Assembly: GCA_963813335.1 (NCBI GenBank) | Contig: CAWEYL010000003.1 | Span: 320,001 to 384,000 of the forward strand | DNA length: 64,000 bases | From: an uncultured Chloroflexia bacterium | Lineage (GTDB): Bacteria > Chloroflexota > Limnocylindria > Limnocylindrales > CSP1-4 | Reading direction: 5' to 3' | In this document: positions 49,110-60,126 of the stretch, piece by piece | Numbering within the stretch: position 1 is the first letter of the stretch | Layout: the number at the start of each line of letters is the position of its first letter | The notes under the pieces: model-generated | Database searches by the model: none | The model's input: the letters and a program-made list of their open reading frames with translations, nothing else | Told to the model about the DNA's origin: nothing | Position numbers and translations under genes: made by a program

Positions 49110-49976
49110 ATGTCGACATCGGAGGTTCGGGTCTTCGACCCAGTCGCATACAAGAGCACCACCCGCGAGCAATGGCAGACGACCGCCGAGGCGTGGCACC
49201 GGTGGGGGCCGACGCTGGAGGCCTGGCTTGGCCATGCGACCCAGGCGATGCTCGACATGGCTGGCATCAAGGGCGGTGCTCGGGTCCTGGACGTCGCCGC
49301 GGGTGCGGGCGGGCAGACGATCGCGGCGGCCCAACGGGTCGGGCCGAGCGGGACTGTTCTCGCCACCGACATCTCCCCCGTGATCCTCGAATTTGCCCAG
49401 GCTGAGGCCTCGACGGCCGGACTGTCGAACGTGACGACCCGAGTGATGGACGGCGAGGACCTCGAGGTGGAGCCCGGATCGTTCGATGCCGTGATCTCGC
49501 GCCTCGGACTGACCTACTTCCCCGACCAGCAAGAGGCGCTCGGGAACATGCGCCGCGCATTGCGCGACGGCGGACGGGTCGCGGCCATCGTCTACTCGAC
49601 GCCCGAACGCAATCAGTTCAACTCGATCCCGATGTCGATCATCAGGCGACGTGCTGCGCTGCCGCCGCTGCTCCCAGGACAGCCCGGGCCGTTCAGCCTC
49701 GGAGCGCCGGGCGTGGTCGCGGCCGCCTTAGAGACCGCCGGCTTTCACGACGTCGAGACCCGCCTGGTCGACGCGCCACTTCGGCTGACGTCGGCCGCCG
49801 AGTGTGTTCTGCTCGAACGGGAGTCGTTCGGAGCGCTGCGCCAGATGCTCTCCGGCTTGTCCGAGTCCGAACGCAACGAGGCTTGGGTCGAGATCGAAAC
49901 GGCTTTGGCCACGTTCGAGGGTGCGAACGGTTTTGTCGGGCCGTGCCAGCTGCTTGTCGCCGCAGGGATCAGGTAG
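49110..49976 (+). CDS. Class I SAM-dependent methyltransferase (UbiE-like)
   Basis: VLDVAAGAG, ATDIS, FDAVISR, PGPFSL; GGAGG RBS. Confidence 0.9.
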   Translation: MSTSEVRVFDPVAYKSTTREQWQTTAEAWHRWGPTLEAWLGHATQAMLDMAGIKGGARVLDVAAGAGGQTIAAAQRVGPSGTVLATDISPVILEFAQAEASTAGLSNVTTRVMDGEDLEVEPGSFDAVISRLGLTYFPDQQEALGNMRRALRDGGRVAAIVYSTPERNQFNSIPMSIIRRRAALPPLLPGQPGPFSLGAPGVVAAALETAGFHDVETRLVDAPLRLTSAAECVLLERESFGALRQMLSGLSESERNEAWVEIETALATFEGANGFVGPCQLLVAAGIR

Positions 49977-50130
49977 CTCGGCAACATCCACCGCCATCGG
50001 CTTGGACGGGTCGGCCAGCACGCAGCGACGAGCGGCATGGCCCGGACCTGAAGGTATCCTCCTCGCGCCCACCCCGCGCAAGAACGCGCTATGGTTGGTG
50101 CACGCGGAGGAGGCCCACCACAAGTTGCGA

Positions 50131-50403
50131 ATGGCGGATCTCCAGCCCGGCTGGGCGGTGGTCGGGAATGATGGAAAGCGGGTCGGCGCCGTGCAGCGGG
50201 TCGGCCAGAACTACGTGCTCACCTCGATCGACGGGCGGGCCGGTGAGATCTACATTCCCGCTTCTGCGATCGCCAACGTCGACCACGACGTCATCCATCT
50301 CTCGATGCCGCAGGGAGACGTCGCACAGATGGGATGGGGGCAGCCGCCGCGGGACGACGACGTCCCGACCACGTCCGAGTCCGACCTCCACCGACATGTC
50401 TGA
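50131..50403 (+). CDS. Small PRC-barrel/DUF2171-like protein
   Basis: GW.V.G.DG.RVG.V and IYIPASAI pattern. Confidence 0.6.
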   Translation: MADLQPGWAVVGNDGKRVGAVQRVGQNYVLTSIDGRAGEIYIPASAIANVDHDVIHLSMPQGDVAQMGWGQPPRDDDVPTTSESDLHRHV

Positions 50404-50420
50404 CTCGGCGTCGACCGCGA

Positions 50421-50741
50421 TCAGCGGTGAAGCGTCGGCCGGTAGGTGAGCTCCTGGGTGTGGCCGTCGAGGGTCCTGCCCGCGATCAACTCGAGGTCGA
50501 AGTCGGCTGCACCTTCGAAGATCGGGCGCGCTCCGGTCTGGCCTGTGACCACGGGGAAGATGGTGACCTGCACGCGGTCGACCAAGCCGGCTGCCAAGAG
50601 CGCTCGGTTCATCGACAGGCTGCCGTGCGCGCGTAGAGGCACGTCGGACTCTTCCTTGAGCCGGGCGACCACATCGACGGCGTCGCCGCGCACCAAGGTC
50701 GCGTCCGGCCAATCGAGTGGCTCATCGAGCGTCCTCGAGAC
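50421..50741 (-). pseudogene. 5'-truncated RibD-C/dihydrofolate-reductase-family gene
   Basis: SRTLDEPLDW...GSLS..RALL.AGLVDR...FPV..G; N-terminal half absent; abuts the tRNA 3' end. Confidence 0.75.
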
Positions 50742-50751
50742 GAGAGGCAGG

Positions 50752-50830
<79 letters not shown>

Positions 50831-51028
50831 ACCGAGGTGCCCGTTGTACAGGGCCTGCGGATGATAGCGCACCAGGCCGCAATGCCACCGCGAGCACGGA
50901 TCAGTGCGTGCCGTGCCCGTACCTGCCCATGACCATGGTCCCATCGGGTACCGGACCACCGCGACCCTGACCCGGCCTCGCGCGCGAGCCTATGGTGCAG
51001 AGAGGCGACACCCCGGGGCGGGTGCCGC

Positions 51029-53461
51029 ATGCCATACGGAGCGCCTGGCTTGCCCGATACCGGATCGGACGACCGACCACACCGCGGACGCCGCATCCGA
51101 CCGCCGCACTGGCTGGGACCTCGCGCGGTCCTCGTCGCGGCGGTGGTCGGCTCGGTGCTGGGCGCCTCCCTGCTCACGGCGGAGGTCGTCACCGACCACG
51201 TCCGCGATTCGGCCACCGACGAGGCCGTGCGCAGCGCCGAATCGGTGGTCCGCGCCTTCGTCGACCCGATCCTGACCGAGGGCGCGATGGGCACCCCCGA
51301 CAGCGCCGGCGGCCGGCAGATCGATGCCCAGCTCGAACGGCTGGTCGGGTCGGGCAACCTCCTCCGCATCAAGATCTGGGGTTCGGACGGCACCGTGCTG
51401 TTCTCCGACCTGCCGGCGCTGCGCGGCCAGCGCTTCGATGTCGATGCCGACCTGCAGGAAGCCTTCGCCGGCGAGATCTCGCACGACATCTCGGACGCCT
51501 CGGCAGCCGAGAACGAGTTCGAGCACGGCATCGCCGACCGGCTTGCTGGAGGTCTACCTCCCGGTCACCGGTCCGGATGGCAAGGTCATCGCCGCCTACG
51601 AGATCTACCAGGATGCGGCGGCCATCGACGCCAACATCGCTGCCACCGGCGCGATGTCTTCCTGATCGCGGCCGCGATCGCGATCCTGCTCGCGGCCCTG
51701 CTGATCGCCGCGTTCGACGGCACCTCGCGGCGACTCGACCGCCAGAACCGACGGCTCCGCCAGCTGACCGACACGCTGGCCGACAGCGAAGCGCGCTTCC
51801 GCTCCCTGGTCCAGCACGCCTCGGACCTCTTCGTGGTCGTCGACCGCGACGGACGGATCATGTACGAGAGCGTCGCGGTCGAACGGCTCCTCGGCTACAG
51901 CCCGGACGACCGGGTCGGCCAGGCCTTCGTCGACGAGGTCCATCCCGACGATCGCGACATCTTCCTGCGCCATCTCGCGGCCATCGCGGAGCGTCCTGAC
52001 GGGGAGATCGTGGGCGAGACACGGCTCCTGCATCGCGACGGCCGCTGGCTTGCCTTCGAATGGACCGCGCACAACCTGCTCGACGACCCGGCTGTCGGCG
52101 GCCTGGTCATCAACGCGCACGACGTGACCGAACGCACGGACCTCGAGGCCCAGCTCCGCCACCAGTCGTTCCACGACCCGCTGACCGGGCTCGCCAACCG
52201 CGGCCTCTTCACCGACCGCGTCGCCCACTCGCTCGCCCGGCGCCGCCGCGGCCGGGCGATGCCGGCGGTCCTGCTGATCGACCTCGACGACTTCAAGAAC
52301 GTCAACGACACCCTCGGCCACGGCTCCGGCGACCGCCTCCTCGTCGAGGTGTCGCGGCGCCTCACGGACACGATCCGCCCGGGCGACACCGCCTGCCGGC
52401 TGTCCGGCGACGAGTTCGCGGTCCTGCTCGAGGAGATCGGCGATGTCGCCCACGCCGTGGAGATCGCCGACCGGCTCCTCGCGCAGCTGGCGAGCCCCGT
52501 GGACATCGGTCGCGAGGTCTCCGTGACCGCCAGCGTCGGCATCGCCATGGTGGACACCGAGGTCGACGACGCGGACGACCTGCTCGCCCGGGCCGACGTC
52601 GCGATGTACGCGGCCAAGACCGCCGGCAAGGGCCGCCACGAGTGCTACGAGCCCGCGATGCGGGCACGGGCCTGGTCGCGCCTGGAGCTGGAGGCGGAGC
52701 TCCGCCGGGCGATCGGCGCCGGCCAGATCGCCGTCGTCTACCAGCCGATCATCGACCTGCGCAACCGCGCCCCGGTCGAGATGGAGGCGCTCATCCGCTG
52801 GGACCACCCGCAGCGCGGCCGCCTCGCCCCGGCCGACTTCATCGGCGTCGCCGAGGAGAGCGGGCTGATCGTGCCGCTCGGACGGTTCGTCCTCGAGGAG
52901 GCCTGCCGGCAGGCGAGCGCGTGGCCCCGCCAGCCCGGCGGCCGTCCGATCGACCTGAGCGTCAACCTCTCGAGCCGCCAGTTCCGCGACCCCGGGCTGC
53001 TCGAGACGATCTCGTCGGCGCTCGAACGGGCGGACCTCTCGCCGTCGAACCTCAAGCTCGAGATCACCGAGTCCGCGATGCTCGACGCCGACGCCTCGGA
53101 CCTCCTGATGCGGCGCATCCGGGACCTCGGGGTGCGCATCGCCGTCGACGACTTCGGGACCGGGTTCTCCGGCCTCAGCTACTTCCAGCGCTTCCCGCTC
53201 GACACGCTCAAGATCGACCGGTCCTTCGTCGCCGGGCTGGGCCGCGACCCGCGCAGTGGTGCCATCGTCCACGCCACGATCGCGTTCGCGAAGGCGCTCG
53301 GGCTGACGGTCACCGCCGAGGGCATCGAGACCGAGGACCAGTTCGAGCGGGTCCGCGCGCTCGGCGCCGACCTCGGCCAGGGCTACCTGTTCTCGAAGCC
53401 GCTCGAGGCGGCCGCCGTCGCGCCGTACCTCGCCGCCGCCCGGAAGGCCAGCGCCGCCTAG
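51029..53461 (+). CDS. Membrane sensor-PAS-GGDEF-EAL protein (compensating frameshifts near 51543 and 51646)
   Basis: TM + Cache-like domain, VHPDD PAS, HDPLTGLANR, SGDEF, MEALIRW, DDFGTG, QGY. Confidence 0.9.
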   Translation: MPYGAPGLPDTGSDDRPHRGRRIRPPHWLGPRAVLVAAVVGSVLGASLLTAEVVTDHVRDSATDEAVRSAESVVRAFVDPILTEGAMGTPDSAGGRQIDAQLERLVGSGNLLRIKIWGSDGTVLFSDLPALRGQRFDVDADLQEAFAGEISHDISDASAAENEFEHGIADRLAGGLPPGHRSGWQGHRRLRDLPGCGGHRRQHRCHRRDVFLIAAAIAILLAALLIAAFDGTSRRLDRQNRRLRQLTDTLADSEARFRSLVQHASDLFVVVDRDGRIMYESVAVERLLGYSPDDRVGQAFVDEVHPDDRDIFLRHLAAIAERPDGEIVGETRLLHRDGRWLAFEWTAHNLLDDPAVGGLVINAHDVTERTDLEAQLRHQSFHDPLTGLANRGLFTDRVAHSLARRRRGRAMPAVLLIDLDDFKNVNDTLGHGSGDRLLVEVSRRLTDTIRPGDTACRLSGDEFAVLLEEIGDVAHAVEIADRLLAQLASPVDIGREVSVTASVGIAMVDTEVDDADDLLARADVAMYAAKTAGKGRHECYEPAMRARAWSRLELEAELRRAIGAGQIAVVYQPIIDLRNRAPVEMEALIRWDHPQRGRLAPADFIGVAEESGLIVPLGRFVLEEACRQASAWPRQPGGRPIDLSVNLSSRQFRDPGLLETISSALERADLSPSNLKLEITESAMLDADASDLLMRRIRDLGVRIAVDDFGTGFSGLSYFQRFPLDTLKIDRSFVAGLGRDPRSGAIVHATIAFAKALGLTVTAEGIETEDQFERVRALGADLGQGYLFSKPLEAAAVAPYLAAARKASAA

Positions 53462-54705
53462 TCGCCGATGGCCGTCTCGGCCTCGTGCGCCGCGTTCGAG
53501 CGGGCGCGCGCGTCGGCGTGGATCGGCAGCGTGCCGAGCGCGGCGAGCAGGAACGTCACGGCCATGAGCCCGAAGACGATCGGGACGCCGGCCGCCTTTC
53601 CGGCGCTCTGGATCACCACCCCGTAGAGGGCGGTCCACAACGAGCCGATGCCGAACGCGAACGCGAAGTAGACCGCATACGACGCGTCGCGGATCGATGG
53701 CGGCGCGATATCCCCCAGCAGCGCCTGGAGCTGCGGACTCTCGGCGAAGCTGAACAGCCCCATCAGGATGATCCCGGCCCACAGCCCGACGAGGGATGTG
53801 CCGGCGAGGAGGAACACGACGAACCCGAGCGCCCCGCCGAGGTAGACCCCCACGATCAGCGGCTTCCGGCCGATCCGGTCCGAGAGCCAGCCGGCCACCA
53901 GCGGCATCGGCACGGAAAAGACGATGAGCGCCCCGTACATCAACCCGGCTGTGGCCTCGTCGAAGCCGAGGACCTCGGTCAGGTAGATGAGCACGAACAG
54001 GTTGACCACGCCGAGGCCGCGGCCGCCGCCGCCCAGCGCCGACGTCAGGTACAGCCAGCGCAGGTCGCGGTCGCGCATGACCCGCCCGAGCGCGGTCCGG
54101 ACGCTGCCGCTCGCGATGGCGGCGGCGCGGTCCGTCCCGCGCTCCTTCACGAACGCCAGGATCAGCAGCGCGATGACGATCGCCGGGATGCCGAAGATGA
54201 CCGAGGTCCAGCGCCAGCCGACGAGGGCGATGAGCGGGACGCCCACGATGGCCACGACCACGGTCCCCACGTTGCCGCCGGCGATATGGGCGCTGATGGC
54301 GAACCCGCGCCGATCCGTCGGGAACTGCTCGGCCAGCAGGCCGTTGCCCACCGGGTGCTGCGGGGAGCCGCCGATCCGCGACGCGATATTCGGGATGGCG
54401 AACGTGGGCATGTTGACCGCGAGCGCCTGGAGGGCGAACCCGCCGCCGAACAGGATGCCGCCGCCGGCCAGGAGGCGCCGCCGCGAGACGAGTCGGGTCA
54501 GCGACGCGTAGCTCAGCTGGACGAGCCCGGACGCCACCGCCCCGATCGCCGCCAGGAAGGCGATGCTCTCCACGCTGACCCCGAACTCGTCGATGATCTT
54601 GAGGTAGATCAGCGGCAGCAGGACGGCCTGAGCGTGGTTGACGGCGTGCGCGACGGAGAGCAGGCCGAGCGAGCGCATCGGCCGGATCTCGGCCACGTCG
54701 TGCAT
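53458..54705 (-). CDS. MFS transporter
   Basis: About 12 TM helices, AHAVNH, GWLSDRIGRK; start uncertain. Confidence 0.9.
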   Translation of the reverse strand: MHDVAEIRPMRSLGLLSVAHAVNHAQAVLLPLIYLKIIDEFGVSVESIAFLAAIGAVASGLVQLSYASLTRLVSRRRLLAGGGILFGGGFALQALAVNMPTFAIPNIASRIGGSPQHPVGNGLLAEQFPTDRRGFAISAHIAGGNVGTVVVAIVGVPLIALVGWRWTSVIFGIPAIVIALLILAFVKERGTDRAAAIASGSVRTALGRVMRDRDLRWLYLTSALGGGGRGLGVVNLFVLIYLTEVLGFDEATAGLMYGALIVFSVPMPLVAGWLSDRIGRKPLIVGVYLGGALGFVVFLLAGTSLVGLWAGIILMGLFSFAESPQLQALLGDIAPPSIRDASYAVYFAFAFGIGSLWTALYGVVIQSAGKAAGVPIVFGLMAVTFLLAALGTLPIHADARARSNAAHEAETAIGD

Positions 54706-54799
54706 CCGCGTATCGTGCGGCATCGTTGGCCTATCGCGTCGGTCCAAGATGCGCGCCGCCGCACGACGCGGTTGCCGCGCCGGGGGGCCGGCGCGGCCG

Positions 54800-55309
54800 T
54801 CACGATCGCGCGAGGCGCTCCTTCAGGCTGGCCCGGCCGCGCGACAGCCAGCTGGCGACGGTCCCCTGCGGCACCTGGAGGATCGACGCGATCTCGGCGT
54901 GGGTGTAGCCGTCGACCGCACTGAGGAGGAGCGCGGTGCGCGTCCGCGGCTCGAGGGACGAGAGCGCCACCCACAGGTCCGGGTCCACTGGATCGACCCA
55001 GGGCACCGGGTCGAGCCGCGCGAGCGCGGCGACGAGCCGGCGGCGCCCGCGGAGCTGGTTGAATGCCAGGCGCAGCGCGATCGTGTATAGCCAGGCGCGG
55101 ACATCGGTGCCGTCGAACCGGTCCCACGACCGGAACGCCCGCAGGTACGCATCCTGGGCGACGTCCTCGGCGTCGTGCTCGTTGCCCAGGACCAGCACGA
55201 GCCGACGCAGGAGTGCGGGGTAGTGAGGCTGGACGGCCGCCTCGAACGCGGCCGTGTCCTCCCGGCCCGAACCGGTCACGACGGCGAGGGGCTGTCGGAC
55301 GGTCTCCAT
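54800..55309 (-). CDS. ECF RNA polymerase sigma factor
   Basis: DAEDVAQDAYLRA, AWLYTIA, EIA.IL.VP.GTV.SWL.R. Confidence 0.9.
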   Translation of the reverse strand: METVRQPLAVVTGSGREDTAAFEAAVQPHYPALLRRLVLVLGNEHDAEDVAQDAYLRAFRSWDRFDGTDVRAWLYTIALRLAFNQLRGRRRLVAALARLDPVPWVDPVDPDLWVALSSLEPRTRTALLLSAVDGYTHAEIASILQVPQGTVASWLSRGRASLKERLARS

Positions 55310-55821
55310 CACGGCATCGGCAGGTCCGGGCAGGCCCCGGTCCCGGTGGCACCGACCCGCTGGTCGACGACCATGATCACGCTGCCGTCCTCCAGGAGCG
55401 AGCCCGGCACGACGTAGCCGTGCGCCGGCGGCGTCGTCCGCTGGATGCTCGACCCCTCGCCCTTGACGCCCGCGGTCCCGGACTCCACCTGCCAGGTGAC
55501 CGTCGTGAAGCCGTGCGCGGCGAGCAGCGCCGCGGCCTGCGGCGGTGTCAGGCATTCCATGTGGGCGCCGGCCATCGGCTGGCCGTCGTTCTGGATGCCC
55601 GGGTAGCCCCTGACCAGCCCGCTGGCCACGACCGCGGCGCCAGCGGTCGCGGCGATGGCGAGGACGAGGACGGGTGCCGCGCTGAGCGACAGGGCGAACC
55701 GGCGGGATCGCCGACCGGTCGCACCGAGCGCCGGTGGGGCGCCGGCGACCGGCACGCGTGATTCCATCGCCGCGAGGCGCCGGTCGAGACCGGCGTCGAG
55801 ATCCAGGTCGAGGTCGTGCAT
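55309..55821 (-). CDS. Putative single-TM anti-sigma-like protein
   Basis: N-terminal helix, one TM, two Cys; stop overlaps the sigma start. Confidence 0.6.
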   Translation of the reverse strand: MHDLDLDLDAGLDRRLAAMESRVPVAGAPPALGATGRRSRRFALSLSAAPVLVLAIAATAGAAVVASGLVRGYPGIQNDGQPMAGAHMECLTPPQAAALLAAHGFTTVTWQVESGTAGVKGEGSSIQRTTPPAHGYVVPGSLLEDGSVIMVVDQRVGATGTGACPDLPMP

Positions 55822-55955
55822 GTCAGGTCTCCAGTGACCCGGGGCCGCCGGTCCAGCCCGGCCATCTTCCCCTGTCGACCTCTACAACACCGCAGCGCCG
55901 CAGATCCATGCAGCCCGCCGCGGCCGGGGGCGCGATCCCCGGCCCGGCGCCGGTC

Positions 55956-56213
55956 CTACTTGTGCTTGGGGACCTCGTAGAGGTCGGCCTGCGTCGTCTT
56001 GTGGCTCGACCCGGACCCGCTCGACCCCGTGCCGCCCTGCTTCGGGAGGATGTACAGGATCATCAGGGCGATCGGGCCGAAGATGATCCCCATGGCCCCC
56101 CAGACCGCGGCGCGTCGCCCGAACTTCGGGGCGCCGCGATACGCGTAGATCGCGCACACGACCCAGACGACGGCTCCGGTGATGAGCAGTCCACCGGTGT
56201 AGATCGGGTCCAT
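55956..56213 (-). CDS. Small two-TM membrane protein
   Basis: GGAGG RBS; A..KFGR...W...G.IFGPIAL.IL..LP. Confidence 0.7.
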   Translation of the reverse strand: MDPIYTGGLLITGAVVWVVCAIYAYRGAPKFGRRAAVWGAMGIIFGPIALMILYILPKQGGTGSSGSGSSHKTTQADLYEVPKHK

Positions 56214-56288
56214 GGATCCTCCATTCGGCCGACGGCCTTGGCTCAGTCGAGTCGCGGTCGCCTCCGGGCACCGTCGCGCGACAAGGAT

Positions 56289-56320
56289 ACCGCCCGGCCG
56301 GGAAGCCCCGGCCGGGCGGT
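56289..56320 (-). terminator. Hairpin terminator after glutamine synthetase
   Basis: Perfect 14-bp stem ACCGCCCGGCCGGG/CCCGGCCGGGCGGT. Confidence 0.65.
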
Positions 56321-56359
56321 CGTGCGGCGGTCGACGGCCCGCTCGACGCGGGCCAGCTC

Positions 56360-58504
<2,145 letters not shown>

Positions 58505-58649
58505 GGGTCTCCTGTCGGTGCCTCGGCGTCGCGGGACGCCGCACTGCTCGTCGTGTCGTAACGGTAGCAGCGGGTCGGGTTGCGGTTCAGTACCCGTCCG
58601 TCCGTCGCAACCTTGTGCATCGGCGTTAGCGTGCCGCTCCGGGCCGGCG

Positions 58650-60116
58650 TCAGGCGCCGCCCGGGGCGGGCGTCTCCCCCGGCCGGCGGACCGCCACCAG
58701 GTCGTCGAGCAGCCGGCCGAACTCCCGCTCGACGTCGACGTAGCGGTCCGAGCGCCACACGACCGCCAGGCGTCCGTCCGCGGTCAGCCGCGTCCAGACG
58801 CGGCGGCGCGGCAGGTAGAACGTGATCGTGATCCCGGCGATCAGCGAGATGAACGCGAGCCAGATGATGCCCTGCCCCGGGTCGTGCTTGGCGATCAGCA
58901 GCGTGTACGCCCCGACGTCCTGCAGCTGGACCGACAGCCCCAGCTGATCCGACACGCGGGTGTCGCCGGGACTGAGGGTCGTGGCGTCGTAGTTCCGGGT
59001 GATCGGCGTCCCGTCCGGGTTCTCGCCGACCACCTGGTACGGCAGCATCAGCACGACCGTCGTCCCGTCGTCCGCCTTGCGCAGCAGGAGCTGGAGGCCG
59101 ATGTCCCGGCCGGGGACGGCGAGGATGCCGTAGGGGGAGCCGTCCGCCGCGTCGGTCAGCGGCACGGCGCCGTCCCACAGCGGCCGCCCCGCCGCGTCCT
59201 TGACGATGAGGTACGGCGCCGGTCCGAAGCCGTTCTGGTGGAACGTGTAGCCGCCGATCGAGAGCGGGTCGTTGACGCGGATGGTCTTGCGCGCGATCTC
59301 CTGGCCGTTCTGGTAGACCGCGAGATCCGTGGTGAAGTCGGACGCCTGGCCGGTCTCGAACCCGGGCGCCTCGAAATCGAGGTTCTTCACCAGCAGCAGG
59401 CCGGGCGTGCCGATCGGCTGGACCGTGAGCGACTCGCCCTCGGGCACGACCAGGCCCTGCTCGTCGCCGAGCCGCGACGTCACCGCCGCCGCGACGAGGA
59501 ATAGCACCAGCCCGGTGTGGGTGAGCAGCGTCGCCATCTTGGTGAACTGGTGGCGGTCGCCGTAGAGGAACGTCGTGCCGTCCTCGCCGGTCGCCTCGCG
59601 GACCCGGAAGTGGTTGCGCCGCAGGACCGAGCGGGCGTCCGCTGCGGCCACGCCGGTCATCGCCGCGCGGTCCGGGAGCCGCGGGTCGAAGTACGGCTCC
59701 GGCTGGTCCACCCGGATGTCCGCGACGCCGCGCCACAGCTTGGGCGTGCGGTCGAGCGTGCACACGACGATGGAGACGACCAGCAGCGTGAGGCCGGCGC
59801 TGAACCAGACGGAACGGAAGATCGAGAAGACCGACAGCCGCTCCAGGACGTCGACGAGCGCGGTGCCCATGACCGGGTCGTAGCGGCCGTGGATGTCGTC
59901 CATCGCGGCGGCATAGTCGCCGGCCGAGCGGAAGGCGAAGTCCGGGAGCTGCTTGATGGTCATCCCGACGATGGCCATGACCAGCAGCACGATGATCTGC
60001 GCGACCGCGAAGTCGACCGAGGTCAGCAGGCGCCAGATCCCGCGCCCGACCCGGGCGAGGGGGTTCGACGGGGCGGGTCGGGTGATGGCGGCCGGGACGG
60101 CCGTCCGGGTCGCGAT
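58650..60116 (-). CDS. resB: Cytochrome c biogenesis protein ResB/Ccs1
   Basis: LTSVDFA TM1, IFRSVWF, VCTLDR, THTGL, IRVNDPL...Y.FHQ, HDPG, RRVW; start appears to be ATC at 60116. Confidence 0.85.
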   Translation of the reverse strand: MATRTAVPAAITRPAPSNPLARVGRGIWRLLTSVDFAVAQIIVLLVMAIVGMTIKQLPDFAFRSAGDYAAAMDDIHGRYDPVMGTALVDVLERLSVFSIFRSVWFSAGLTLLVVSIVVCTLDRTPKLWRGVADIRVDQPEPYFDPRLPDRAAMTGVAAADARSVLRRNHFRVREATGEDGTTFLYGDRHQFTKMATLLTHTGLVLFLVAAAVTSRLGDEQGLVVPEGESLTVQPIGTPGLLLVKNLDFEAPGFETGQASDFTTDLAVYQNGQEIARKTIRVNDPLSIGGYTFHQNGFGPAPYLIVKDAAGRPLWDGAVPLTDAADGSPYGILAVPGRDIGLQLLLRKADDGTTVVLMLPYQVVGENPDGTPITRNYDATTLSPGDTRVSDQLGLSVQLQDVGAYTLLIAKHDPGQGIIWLAFISLIAGITITFYLPRRRVWTRLTADGRLAVVWRSDRYVDVEREFGRLLDDLVAVRRPGETPAPGGA

Positions 60117-60126
60117 GGCGGGACTC

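Noticed and set aside
52060-54924. 954-aa plus-strand ORF and other long overlapping ORFs (e.g. 5993-7975, 9229-11127, 21830-23743, 56876-58561)
   Set aside because: Shadow or antisense frames of real genes in high-GC DNA; Arg/Pro-rich or motif-free
58505-58650. ANTAR, glnA riboswitch or GlnR element upstream of GSIII
   Set aside because: One GGCGTC/GACGCC hairpin is present, but no convincing tandem ANTAR loops or consensus boxes
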